IMG/VR virus record: IMGVR_UViG_3300031965_000131
Span: 1 to 24,432 of that record
DNA: 24,432 bases
Source of the DNA: a virus
Taxonomy: Duplodnaviria; Caudoviricetes
Strand: one strand, 5' to 3'
Below, in pieces: positions 8,228 through 15,991 of the stretch (position 1 is the first letter of the stretch; each line of letters opens with the position of its first letter). The notes below the pieces were generated by a model that was given only the letters and a program-made list of their open reading frames with translations, did no database searches and had not been told where the DNA came from. The position numbers were made by a program, and so were the translations under genes.

Positions 8228-8422
8228 CCCCACGGAGCTAACTTGTTGTACTAACCCCTCTTTGAAAGGCTCGCAATCCTATCGATCGACGGGGGCCGTA
8301 GTTCAGTCTGGTTAGAACGCTGGCCTGTCAAGCCAAGGTTCCAAACCAGGTCCCCGAGATAGGGTTCGCGGGCTAACTTTCTGAAGGGCATGTTGTTCCC
8401 AAGTCGGAGTTAGCTCGTGGGG
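8228..8422 (+). ncRNA. Putative long rod-like RNA hairpin with the tRNA anticodon loop at its apex
   Basis: Nested pairings 8228-8243/8408-8422, 8264-8268/8377-8381, 8268-8274/8368-8374, 8275-8283/8358-8366, 8291-8297/8349-8355 (or 8308-8313/8344-8349), 8321-8324/8332-8335; several mismatches are G-U on the + strand. Confidence 0.55.
8292..8335 (+). other. 5' half of tRNA-Asp(GTC), putative attP core
   Basis: GGGGCCG-TA-GTTC AGTCTGGTTA GAAC-G-CTGGC CTGTCAA GCCA: canonical acceptor 5' strand, D arm and anticodon arm, but no proper T arm, acceptor 3' strand or CCA; ~320 bp downstream of the integrase. Confidence 0.8.
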
Positions 8423-8458
8423 CGCCCGGTGTTCGTTGCACCGGGCGTCCACTTTTTT
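8420..8458 (+). terminator. Rho-independent terminator
   Basis: 12-bp GC stem GGGCGCCCGGTG/CACCGGGCGTCC with a 7-nt loop, followed by ACTTTTTT. Confidence 0.8.
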
Positions 8459-8466
8459 AACACCCC

Positions 8467-8589
8467 GAAACAGATTCGACCCCACAAAAAGAATCCGCCG
8501 TTGAAAGCTGAATCGGGTGAGAACCTGATTCGCGGCGGATCGATCGTGGGGTCGAAGCTGTTTCATCCTCACCCTCCCTTCAGCTTTCG
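8467..8589 (-). promoter_or_regulatory. Structured leader with alternative pairings (attenuator-like)
   Basis: Pairings 8467-8473/8558-8564, 8475-8485/8546-8556, 8493-8500/8533-8540 and 8510-8518/8523-8531, versus 8503-8512/8579-8588 plus 8515-8521/8568-8574. Confidence 0.6.
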
Positions 8590-8595
8590 GGAGTC

Positions 8596-8625
8596 ATCCT
8601 AATTGCGCCACGTCGGCGCCCGCAA
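8596..8625 (-). promoter_or_regulatory. Putative leftward (early) sigma70 promoter
   Basis: TTGCGG-18 bp-TAGGAT preceded by a T-tract; the predicted start (~8589) matches the 5' edge of the structured leader. Confidence 0.5.
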
Positions 8626-8654
8626 GAAAAAAACTCAGGGCCGGAGGAAGTATT

Positions 8655-9526
8655 TTATAACCCCAAGTCCAGAACCTCGATCCGCCGGCTCTCCCAGTCC
8701 GGTGAAGCGAGCACATAGCCCATCGTCGACTGGATTCGGCGGTGGCCCATCCACTGTTGGACGACCGCGAGCGGGGTATTGGCCATGACGAGCCGCGTCG
8801 CGAAAGTCCGCCTCAAATCGTGGAGCGTGCAAGGCTCGATCCCGCCGCGGGCCGCTGCCCGGGCGAGGGCCTTGCGGACATCGACGAACGGACGCCCGGT
8901 CGCCGGGTTGGGGAAGATCCACGGCTGGGCCGTGGGCAGCCGCTCCGCGATGATCTCCCGCGCGGGGCGGGCGAGCGGGAGGTTCAGGCGGCGGCGCCCT
9001 TTGCTGACGACCAGGTGGAGGACCGTGCCCCCGTGGGTGACCTGGTCGCGCTGGAGATCGAGCGCTTGCCGCTTCCTGAGCCCGGTGTAGTACACGATCG
9101 CGAAGATGTCCGCGAACGGTTGTTCGGCAGCCATGATCAGGCGGGTGATCTCATCCTCCGTCAGGGCTCGGCCGGCTGTCTCCGGGACGGGAAGGAACGC
9201 CGGCGCCGGCGCGCCTGTCGCTCCCGCCTTTGAGGATTCCCCACCGTCTTGATCTCGACAGGATCCGGCAGACGAGCCGAAGGCAGTGATTGACCGTCTG
9301 ATGGGAAAGGCCCTTCTGGAGCAGCTTTCCAGCGAATTGATCAAGGGTCTCGTCCTGTTATACACTGCCCTGGCACGTCACCGAGGAGCGGGAGAAGGTG
9401 ATTGCGAAGCCTGGACTCATCGGTCGCGTGAGATGTGAGGCGGTTGCGGCTCCAGTCGCGGAGCCATCGGTCGGCGAGGACGGAGAAGCCGACAGTGGTC
9501 GACTTCAGAAGCGGCTCCCTGGCCAT
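8655..9526 (-). CDS. int: Tyrosine integrase (~289 aa), frameshifted twice (sequence error or pseudogene)
   Basis: Core-binding domain split over two frames (FSVLADRWL...LRNHLLPLLGD / DETLDQFAGKLLQKGLSHQTVNHCLRLVCRILSRSRRWGIL); catalytic TGLR, SK, HDLRR, MGH and TMGY in a third frame. Confidence 0.9.
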
Positions 9527-9644
9527 GGATCTGTCTCTCCCATGACCGTCCCTGGCGTGACGAACTCTTCCTTGAAGGGTGACCACGACGGGACCCGAGC
9601 GGGGAGGCGAGGCTTGCGGCTGTCAGCCCAGGGTTGAGGTCGTT

Positions 9645-9673
9645 AATCTACCAAAGAGAAGGCTCTAGGTCAA
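9645..9673 (-). promoter_or_regulatory. Integrase promoter
   Basis: TTGACC-17 bp-TAGATT with an extended -10 TG. Confidence 0.7.
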
Positions 9674-9786
9674 TGGGGGCCACTTTTAGGAGGTTGATTC
9701 AAAATGTACTACTGTCTGCAGTGCGGAGGGACTCCGGATCGGTTGAAGACCAGGACCCGAAGCCCTCAAGAACCGCGCGAAGGAGG

Positions 9787-10380
9787 TCACACCCCCCGCA
9801 GCCTCGCCCTGACGCTCCCCGCCAGCTGATCCTCGAGGCTCTTGGGCGGAGCCGGGGTCTCGTTTCCGGTGATGCGCGAGACCCACTTGCTCATGGCGCC
9901 GCGCTTCTCCGCCGACCGGCCGATCGTGTAGACACCGACGACGCCCGCCCAGACCCAGAGGAAGTCGGAAAGGATCTGGTTCGAGGCGTCGAGGATCTGC
10001 TGAAAGACCGCCTCGGTCCCGCCGACCAGGTGCTGGAGCACGATGTAGCGCAGCCCAAGGATCTCTCCGAGGACGATCACGACGAGGCCGCTGTAGATGA
10101 CCGTCGGTCTCGCCCGCTTCGTGAAGTTGTCACCTTGCTGGATTTCCGCGAGCATGACGTCCCGCCGCGCGGCGATCTCCGAGCGTACCGTCTCCTCGAC
10201 GCCTTTTTCGTACTCGGCGACGACGGCGCCGATCTGCAACTCGTATTCGCGCTTGGCCGCCTCCGCCGCCGCGCGGGCCGCGGTCTTCTCGTCGGCCGTC
10301 TGAACGAAACGGTCCACGCCATCGGCGACGCCGTCGATGAGGCTCTTCCCGACCCCGACTAACTTATCGATGAGTCCCAC
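9787..10380 (-). CDS. Holin, GTA 3TM-holin-like
   Basis: VDRFVQTADEK, coiled segment, FTKRARPTVIY, hydrophobic helices and GVYTIGRSAEK; directly after the endolysin. Confidence 0.8.
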   Translation of the reverse strand: MGLIDKLVGVGKSLIDGVADGVDRFVQTADEKTAARAAAEAAKREYELQIGAVVAEYEKGVEETVRSEIAARRDVMLAEIQQGDNFTKRARPTVIYSGLVVIVLGEILGLRYIVLQHLVGGTEAVFQQILDASNQILSDFLWVWAGVVGVYTIGRSAEKRGAMSKWVSRITGNETPAPPKSLEDQLAGSVRARLRGV

Positions 10381-10784
10381 TGCGCACCTCCTTGCTGAAA
10401 GATCTCGAGCTGAAAGGGGAAATCCCCGTAGAGCCCGAGAAACGCCTCGAGGGCCTCCCGACTCTCAAGCACCGCCCAAAGTCCTCCGAGCGATCCGAGC
10501 CGGTTACCGAGTGCAATGCAGCCCTCGACGTCGTGCATGGTGTTCCCGCGGTGGAATAGAATATGGGAGCGGCCGGGCACGCCGAGGACCTCCACCGTGT
10601 CGTAGCCTCCACGGTTGTAGCGTCTGGGCTCGCACCTATACGTGCCCTCGGGGATGCAGGAGATGCTGGGCCTATTGTCGAGCCACGGCCGCTCCACCGT
10701 GTAAAGGGTGAACTCCCCCAGGTTGAGGCGCCCGAACGTGCCCATGGGCGAGTAACAGAATCGTCCTAGTCGATGGGTTATCAT
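10359..10784 (-). CDS. DUF5675-family putative L,D-peptidase endolysin
   Basis: GTFGRL...TVERPWLDN...SCIPEGTY...VPGRSHILFHRGN...EGCIALG signature. Confidence 0.88.
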   Translation of the reverse strand: MITHRLGRFCYSPMGTFGRLNLGEFTLYTVERPWLDNRPSISCIPEGTYRCEPRRYNRGGYDTVEVLGVPGRSHILFHRGNTMHDVEGCIALGNRLGSLGGLWAVLESREALEAFLGLYGDFPFQLEIFQQGGAQWDSSIS

Positions 10785-11050
10785 GGGATCATCCTCACGA
10801 GTCTTTCGAGGAGCTTGCGGATCATCGTCCGGTCCTCCTCGCCGATCGGTGCGGGCGGCCCTGCCGCTCCCGAGAGTTGGTTCTGCGCGACGATCGTCTC
10901 GAGCCTTTCGATCCTCTGACCGCGCAGGTGATAATCCTCGACCGCGTCGAACACGATGGGGGCGAGGAGCGGGAGGAGTTTCAGAGCCGTCCGCCTCGTA
11001 AGGCGGACCCGGACCGTGAAGCCTCCTCCATCAGTCGACCCGGTCCCCAT
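10781..11050 (-). CDS. Small lysis-module protein (one hydrophobic segment plus coiled coil)
   Basis: GGAGG RBS; lies between lysis genes. Confidence 0.6.
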   Translation of the reverse strand: MGTGSTDGGGFTVRVRLTRRTALKLLPLLAPIVFDAVEDYHLRGQRIERLETIVAQNQLSGAAGPPAPIGEEDRTMIRKLLERLVRMIP

Positions 11051-11642
11051 GTCCTGACCTCCCCGAGGCGACGCTCACGCCTAGGAGGATGAACAGAACC
11101 GCGGTGTAGAGCGCCATCCCCGTCGCTAAGCCTTCGACGTAGCCCGACAGGATCGGGAGTCCGGCGAGGATACCCAAGAGGGCAAGGATGGAGACGCCAG
11201 CAGAGGCACTGACGATCCACCGCCAGGGTTTACCGAACATCCAGCAGACCCCTCCGATCCCCACGCACATGAAGCCGAAACCCGTCAGTGGGCTCGGCTG
11301 ACCGCGGACGATGTACGGCAGATCCAGGGCAAGGACATCGAAAGCGCGGATGAGACGGACCATCCCGCCACCCCCTGGCTGAAACGAGTCCACGACGAGC
11401 CCAATAAGGCCGAAAGACGCCGCTGCGCCGACGAACTCCGACCACTCGCCCAGACCGTCGCCCGAGGCCACGTAGACGACGATCCCGGCAAGGATGAACC
11501 CCACCGCGGTCACGGGTAGTATCGGTGTCATGCTGTGCCATGGGGCTCGGAGGACGGCCTGTCCAAGAATCCAGCCGCCGGCGAGGATGACGAGTCCGGC
11601 GGCCGAGACGAGGATCGGAAGGAACTTAAGAAGCTGCTTCAT
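11031..11642 (-). CDS. Multi-pass membrane protein resembling the N-terminal membrane sensor domain of histidine kinases/diguanylate cyclases
   Basis: ATG 11642 (ATGA overlap); motifs GWILG..VL, PVTAVGFILAG, PSPLTGFGF, GMALYTAVLFILLG; about 6 hydrophobic helices. Confidence 0.7.
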   Translation of the reverse strand: MKQLLKFLPILVSAAGLVILAGGWILGQAVLRAPWHSMTPILPVTAVGFILAGIVVYVASGDGLGEWSEFVGAAASFGLIGLVVDSFQPGGGGMVRLIRAFDVLALDLPYIVRGQPSPLTGFGFMCVGIGGVCWMFGKPWRWIVSASAGVSILALLGILAGLPILSGYVEGLATGMALYTAVLFILLGVSVASGRSGHGDRVD

Positions 11643-11827
11643 GTTCGCCCTGCTGCCAGCGTGATGATCCACGTCAGGAGCGCCGTGAATCCGGCGACGG
11701 TGATGGCGATCACGCCACCGACGACGGCGCGCCGGATCGTGCGCATCGACTCCTCGAGCCCCGTGACACGCGTTTCTAGAACGATGAGGATGTCGTGATC
11801 GGATCGGTTATCGACCATGCTCTCCAT
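11639..11827 (-). CDS. XhlA-like holin/hemolysin
   Basis: Short coiled coil (LETRVTGLEE) followed by a single C-terminal TM segment; first gene after the tail tip. Confidence 0.65.
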   Translation of the reverse strand: MESMVDNRSDHDILIVLETRVTGLEESMRTIRRAVVGGVIAITVAGFTALLTWIITLAAGRT

Positions 11828-11866
11828 GCCCTTCCTCGTCTCCCGTCTGCCAGGACGAAGACTTTC

Positions 11867-14320
11867 TTACACCCGATCGAACTCCCATTCGATTTCTCGG
11901 ATCGCCACGTGGGTCCGGGTGGCTCCCCACGTCTTGATCTTCACCCGCAGGTGATTGTTCAGCCGCCCGAGCCCCGACTCGGAGATCTCGAGCGCCTCGT
12001 CGTAGGTCCAGGACGTGCCCGTAACTCCGATCTCGGTGTGGACGAGGGTGTCGAGTTCCCCGTAGACGAAGATGTCGTACTCGGTCAGTGGTTCCGCGGC
12101 GTCGGTCTTCCCGGAGTCGGAGTAGCTCCACGTTCCGAGCCGGTTGCGGTGCGACCACGACACCGTCAGCTCCCCGCTGATCGACGCGGGATAGCCGACG
12201 TCGTTGAATTCGACGGCGGTCGGACAGTAGACCCGTTCGGATCGGGGAGGGTCCTGGGCCACGACCAGAGAATCGAGGCAGGAGTTGAACGGGAATTCAC
12301 CCGAGTTGTTGTAGGGCTGGAAGCGTAAGTCGTTGTTGATCGAGGCGCTTGGCGGGACGGGGCCCAAGATGTTCAGGATCTCGCTGCCGTATGACAGAAA
12401 CCAGACCCGGGTGCCGGACGGGTAGGCGGTCGGCGCCGTGTCGAGACACCCGCGGGCGAGGACCTGCAGCGTCACGGTCCCGTCTCCCTGGACGACGTCC
12501 CGGAACGCGATGAACTCCTCGAAACCTCCTGACTCCAACCAGGCGACGTTGATGCCCCGCGAGTAATCCGGGGCGCTGACCGAGTCCACGCGGCCGCTGT
12601 CGGGTCCAGAGATCACGACGATCTCGTCGGTCAGCTCGTCGATGGCGGATTGCAAAGTCCCAGACGGCGTGAGGAATGGGACCGTGTAGGGCACGAACCA
12701 TCCCCCCTCCGGCCTCTTGACGTGGACCTTGTAGCCCATCGTGATGCCGACCGCTCCCCGCGCGGCCACCACCACCGCCTGCTGGACGTCCGCTCCCTGG
12801 TAGCCGTAGTCCTTCACGGCCTCGTAGGGGGCCGACATCGCGCCCTGGTCGGTGAGGGCCGGGACGTCGCCGGCGGGATCCTCCCAGCCGGTGGGCGGCG
12901 GCGGCGTGTAGCCGGTCCAGGACACCCCGAAGACGTCTTCCATGGCCTCGATCTGGATCCGGCCCGAGTCGAGCCGGCCGGTCCCGACGCGGACGACGCG
13001 GCAGACCATCCCCAAGATCCCCAGGGGCGGCCAGACGAGCTTGAAGACCGTGCCGGGTCGAAAGCTCCAGGCGGAGCGGTCGGCCTCGATCGTGAGCGTC
13101 GCGAGCGGGTAGGAGAGAGCCGCCAGCGCCCGGGCGGCGCCCTTCTGGGCGTTCGTCGCGGTTGAGAACCCCCTCATCGTCAGTTCCTGGACGGAGACCT
13201 CTCCGCCCTGCAGCTCGATCGAAGCCAGGTCCTGGGCCTGGACCGTCTTCTCCACGAAGCCGCCGGCGCGGTCCACGTAAGGGACGCGGATCTGGTTCTT
13301 CAACTCGCCCCAGGAGGGCCGGCCGAAGGAGGTGACGGTGCAGGAGTCGGAGTCGAGGACGGGCAGGTCCTCCTCGTCGTAGTCGAGGCGGACGAGCCGG
13401 ATCGTGAGGAGCCCGCTCGAGGGCTCCACGTAGATGATCCCGTCGATGTGGCGGAGGATCTCGATGATGAGGTCCCTCGCCGGCGTCGTCTGGTCCTGGA
13501 GCATGGAGAGGCCGAACTCCTCGGTCGCGAGGGTCTGACCCACGGAGCGGAAGGCGTCGAGGTCGAGGAAGCCCGCCGGGAGACCAAGGCCGTTGTCCGA
13601 CGGCGCGCTCGTCAGGAGGTCGTAGATCATGTTGGCGGGGTTGGCGTCCCCGTCGATATTGTGGGCGCCTCCGCTGAGGCCGAGCCCGTTAGGGCACCGC
13701 CTGACGACGGCAGCGACGGGTTTGATGTAGGGACTTGTCCCCAGGTAGACATGGCGGAAGACGGCGTAGCAGATCCGTCTCCAACCCGGCAGGTCCTCCC
13801 CAAGTGCGGCCTCGAGGTAGTCGTCGGCCGTCTGAACCGGTGTCCCGCGGTAGACGAAGACGTCGCCGACAACACCTCCATCGGACTCCTCACCGCCGAA
13901 GAGGTTGGGCTCTTGGATCAAGATCTCGGTCCGATCCGCCTGCACGTCGAACGAGACGTTCACGGGGACCCGGTCATCGAAGCGCAGCTCGAGGATCTCG
14001 TCGATTTCACCTGAGCACAGGACGAGCTGAATCCCCAGGGAGTACCGGTAACCGGTGGTGACGTTGGTCGATGAGAAGAGGCCGGTCCGGACCCGCTCCT
14101 TGATCGCCTGCACCTCGAGATCCCCGTACCAGGTGACCATGGGGCCCGCGATCTTGCATGTGCCCCACACAACGGGGATCGCCCGGCCCTCCCCTATCGT
14201 CGGGAACTGGAAATCGCCGAGCGCGGAGGGCGCCGGCGTGTCGAACTTGGGCTTGGGCCGCAAGACCTCGTAGAGGAGCGTCCCCACGACGTAGATGAGC
14301 GCCGTGACCCACCACGCCAT
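11867..14320 (-). CDS. Tail tip / central tail hub protein (phage-tail_3 type)
   Basis: Start ATG 14320; FQFPT.EGRAIPVVWGT...WYGD, DANPANMIYDLLT, RGCLDTAP and SWSHRNR motifs. Confidence 0.9.
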   Translation of the reverse strand: MAWWVTALIYVVGTLLYEVLRPKPKFDTPAPSALGDFQFPTIGEGRAIPVVWGTCKIAGPMVTWYGDLEVQAIKERVRTGLFSSTNVTTGYRYSLGIQLVLCSGEIDEILELRFDDRVPVNVSFDVQADRTEILIQEPNLFGGEESDGGVVGDVFVYRGTPVQTADDYLEAALGEDLPGWRRICYAVFRHVYLGTSPYIKPVAAVVRRCPNGLGLSGGAHNIDGDANPANMIYDLLTSAPSDNGLGLPAGFLDLDAFRSVGQTLATEEFGLSMLQDQTTPARDLIIEILRHIDGIIYVEPSSGLLTIRLVRLDYDEEDLPVLDSDSCTVTSFGRPSWGELKNQIRVPYVDRAGGFVEKTVQAQDLASIELQGGEVSVQELTMRGFSTATNAQKGAARALAALSYPLATLTIEADRSAWSFRPGTVFKLVWPPLGILGMVCRVVRVGTGRLDSGRIQIEAMEDVFGVSWTGYTPPPPTGWEDPAGDVPALTDQGAMSAPYEAVKDYGYQGADVQQAVVVAARGAVGITMGYKVHVKRPEGGWFVPYTVPFLTPSGTLQSAIDELTDEIVVISGPDSGRVDSVSAPDYSRGINVAWLESGGFEEFIAFRDVVQGDGTVTLQVLARGCLDTAPTAYPSGTRVWFLSYGSEILNILGPVPPSASINNDLRFQPYNNSGEFPFNSCLDSLVVAQDPPRSERVYCPTAVEFNDVGYPASISGELTVSWSHRNRLGTWSYSDSGKTDAAEPLTEYDIFVYGELDTLVHTEIGVTGTSWTYDEALEISESGLGRLNNHLRVKIKTWGATRTHVAIREIEWEFDRV

Positions 14321-15123
14321 CAGTCGATCCTCCCGGTGAAGGGGTTCCGGCCCGGAAGGCGCGACCACCCAAGGTGGTTGACGAGGTTGTCGAACTTGCC
14401 GAGGCAGGTGGCCTCGAGGTGGTCGCAGCCCCAATAAGCCCAGACCTCATCGAGGGAGGCGAGCCCGGGGAGGGGGGAGATGAGCGTGACGGTGTCTCCG
14501 ACGTGGTCCGCTATGAAACGTGTCTCGCTCGACTCCTGATTGACGAGCCGTCCCGCGCTGAACCATCCATCGGGCCGAAGCGCGAAGTCGTTCGAGACGA
14601 CGGTCTTTCCGTCGACGGTCGTCACGGTGATGGGATCCCGAGACGTCGTCGGGTTCGCGCCGCACCCGGCCGAGTAGAGGACGTGGTTGCAGGGGTTCTG
14701 CATGGCGAGCACCGGCACGGGCCGGGAGAGGAGCGCCATGAGGCTCGCGCCGACTAGGACCGCCTGGGACTCCTCGAAGCGAGCCCGGATGATCCGGCCG
14801 CTGTAGATCGCCACGGCCAGGCTCTCCTCGCCTCGGTGAGCCCTGTAGACGGTGACCCACATGGGGCTCGATGGGAGATCTCCGATAAAGGGGGTGGCGA
14901 TGGGATTAGTCCGCGACACCGCAAACTCAATCGTCTCCCCCGTGTCCTCCTGAGAGAAGTCGAGCTCGGTGCGCGTGATGACCTCGGGCGTGAAGCCGCC
15001 CGACGGCAGCGTGATCTCGCGGTCGGCCGAGGTGAAGAGCCACGTCTGGTCTCCCAGCGCGAAGCGGAATCCCTCGACCGGCTGGCCAGCATGGCGGCTC
15101 TTCTCTCTGGCGTCGTAGGTCAT
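14320..15123 (-). CDS. DUF2163 / BR0599-family tail hub protein
   Basis: FTSADREI...CNHVLYSAGCG...GCDHLEATC..KFDNLVNHLG...P..NPF. Confidence 0.9.
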   Translation of the reverse strand: MTYDAREKSRHAGQPVEGFRFALGDQTWLFTSADREITLPSGGFTPEVITRTELDFSQEDTGETIEFAVSRTNPIATPFIGDLPSSPMWVTVYRAHRGEESLAVAIYSGRIIRARFEESQAVLVGASLMALLSRPVPVLAMQNPCNHVLYSAGCGANPTTSRDPITVTTVDGKTVVSNDFALRPDGWFSAGRLVNQESSETRFIADHVGDTVTLISPLPGLASLDEVWAYWGCDHLEATCLGKFDNLVNHLGWSRLPGRNPFTGRID

Positions 15124-15740
15124 ACGGGCGCCTCGAGGGGGATCTCACGAGCCAAGATCGTCGCCTCGGCGAGGTTCCCGGTGGGATAGGAGATCTCCAC
15201 GAGGTCCTCCTCGAGGCGGCAGAGCTTGAGGAACGAGATCACCGTGTCGGCCTTCGGGTAATCCCGGACGGCGATCGGATCGAGGGTCACGGTTTCCGTG
15301 ATTTCGTCGGCTGGGTCGGTCGCGTCGGCGACCCGGTAGAAGTCCATGGAGCCGTTCCGCAAGGTCCAAAAGGCCAGATGCCGGCGGGCACCGGTGGTCC
15401 CCCACATCTGCTGGCGGAACCGGACCCAACGGATCGTGACGATCGATTGATCCTCGAGGACGTCCTCGGCGAGAGACAGGTCCCACTGGAAGCTGGGCAT
15501 CCAGAAGGGGATGGCGCGGCCGACCCGGGCGTCCAGGAAGGCCCGCATTTCGGCGATCTCGGGGCGTCCGAAGGCGGTCCAGGTGAAGGGCCGCCCGGGC
15601 GCCGGCGCCGGCGACTGCTCGTCGGCGACGCGCTTACCGGTTTCCGAGTCGAGGAGCGCAAACTTCCTGCGGAGCCGCTCCTCGATCGCCCCCAACCGGT
15701 TGTAGTTGAGGTCGAGGACCTCGTAGCCCAGGTAGGTCAT
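15120..15740 (-). CDS. Virion structural protein, C-terminal half of a D3112-type distal tail protein
   Basis: ATG 15740 (ATGA overlap); TYLGYEVL, FLDARVGRAIPFWMPS..DLSL, ISFLKLCRLEED. Confidence 0.8.
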   Translation of the reverse strand: MTYLGYEVLDLNYNRLGAIEERLRRKFALLDSETGKRVADEQSPAPAPGRPFTWTAFGRPEIAEMRAFLDARVGRAIPFWMPSFQWDLSLAEDVLEDQSIVTIRWVRFRQQMWGTTGARRHLAFWTLRNGSMDFYRVADATDPADEITETVTLDPIAVRDYPKADTVISFLKLCRLEEDLVEISYPTGNLAEATILAREIPLEAPV

Positions 15741-15991
15741 GGGAGAACCCATTCAATGAGAGCGGACAGGACGCCCCCAAGGGCCCACGGAAGGACGTCG
15801 AGGAGCGCGGGGCGCCACTTCCCGCCGCTCAACCGCTCCGAGAGGACTTCCCACGCGATGCCCAGAATCGCGGCCACCGGGATCGCCACGAAGGATTGAC
15901 CGGCGAGCTGCGCGGCGAGGAGGCCGCCCAGCGCTCCCCAGGCGACGTGGGCGGAGAACGACTCCGTCTTTTTTCCCAGCAGTCGCGTCAC
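15737..15991 (-). CDS. Small (84 aa) membrane protein inserted in the tail module
   Basis: GTG 15991 overlaps the upstream stop and its own stop overlaps the next ATG; three hydrophobic segments, H..WG and GIAWE...D motifs. Confidence 0.75.
   Translation of the reverse strand: MTRLLGKKTESFSAHVAWGALGGLLAAQLAGQSFVAIPVAAILGIAWEVLSERLSGGKWRPALLDVLPWALGGVLSALIEWVLP

Noticed and set aside
8292-8360. Functional phage tRNA-Asp gene
   Set aside because: There is no variable loop, 5-bp T stem or CCA. The downstream sequence instead mirrors the 5' half, as expected for an att core.
8235-8416. Integron attC site (GCTAAC...GTTAGC) or 6S RNA
   Set aside because: It is longer than typical attC sites, the integrase lacks the IntI-specific insertion and there is no cassette array. 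The rod shape resembles 6S RNA but no 6S sequence motif was recognised; an Rfam scan is needed.
9229-9355. Programmed double frameshift in int
   Set aside because: There are no slippery motifs, and similar +1 breaks in neighbouring genes point to sequence error.
9634-10362. 242-aa plus-strand ORF as the missing repressor
   Set aside because: It is antisense to the holin and has no HTH or peptidase S24 motif.
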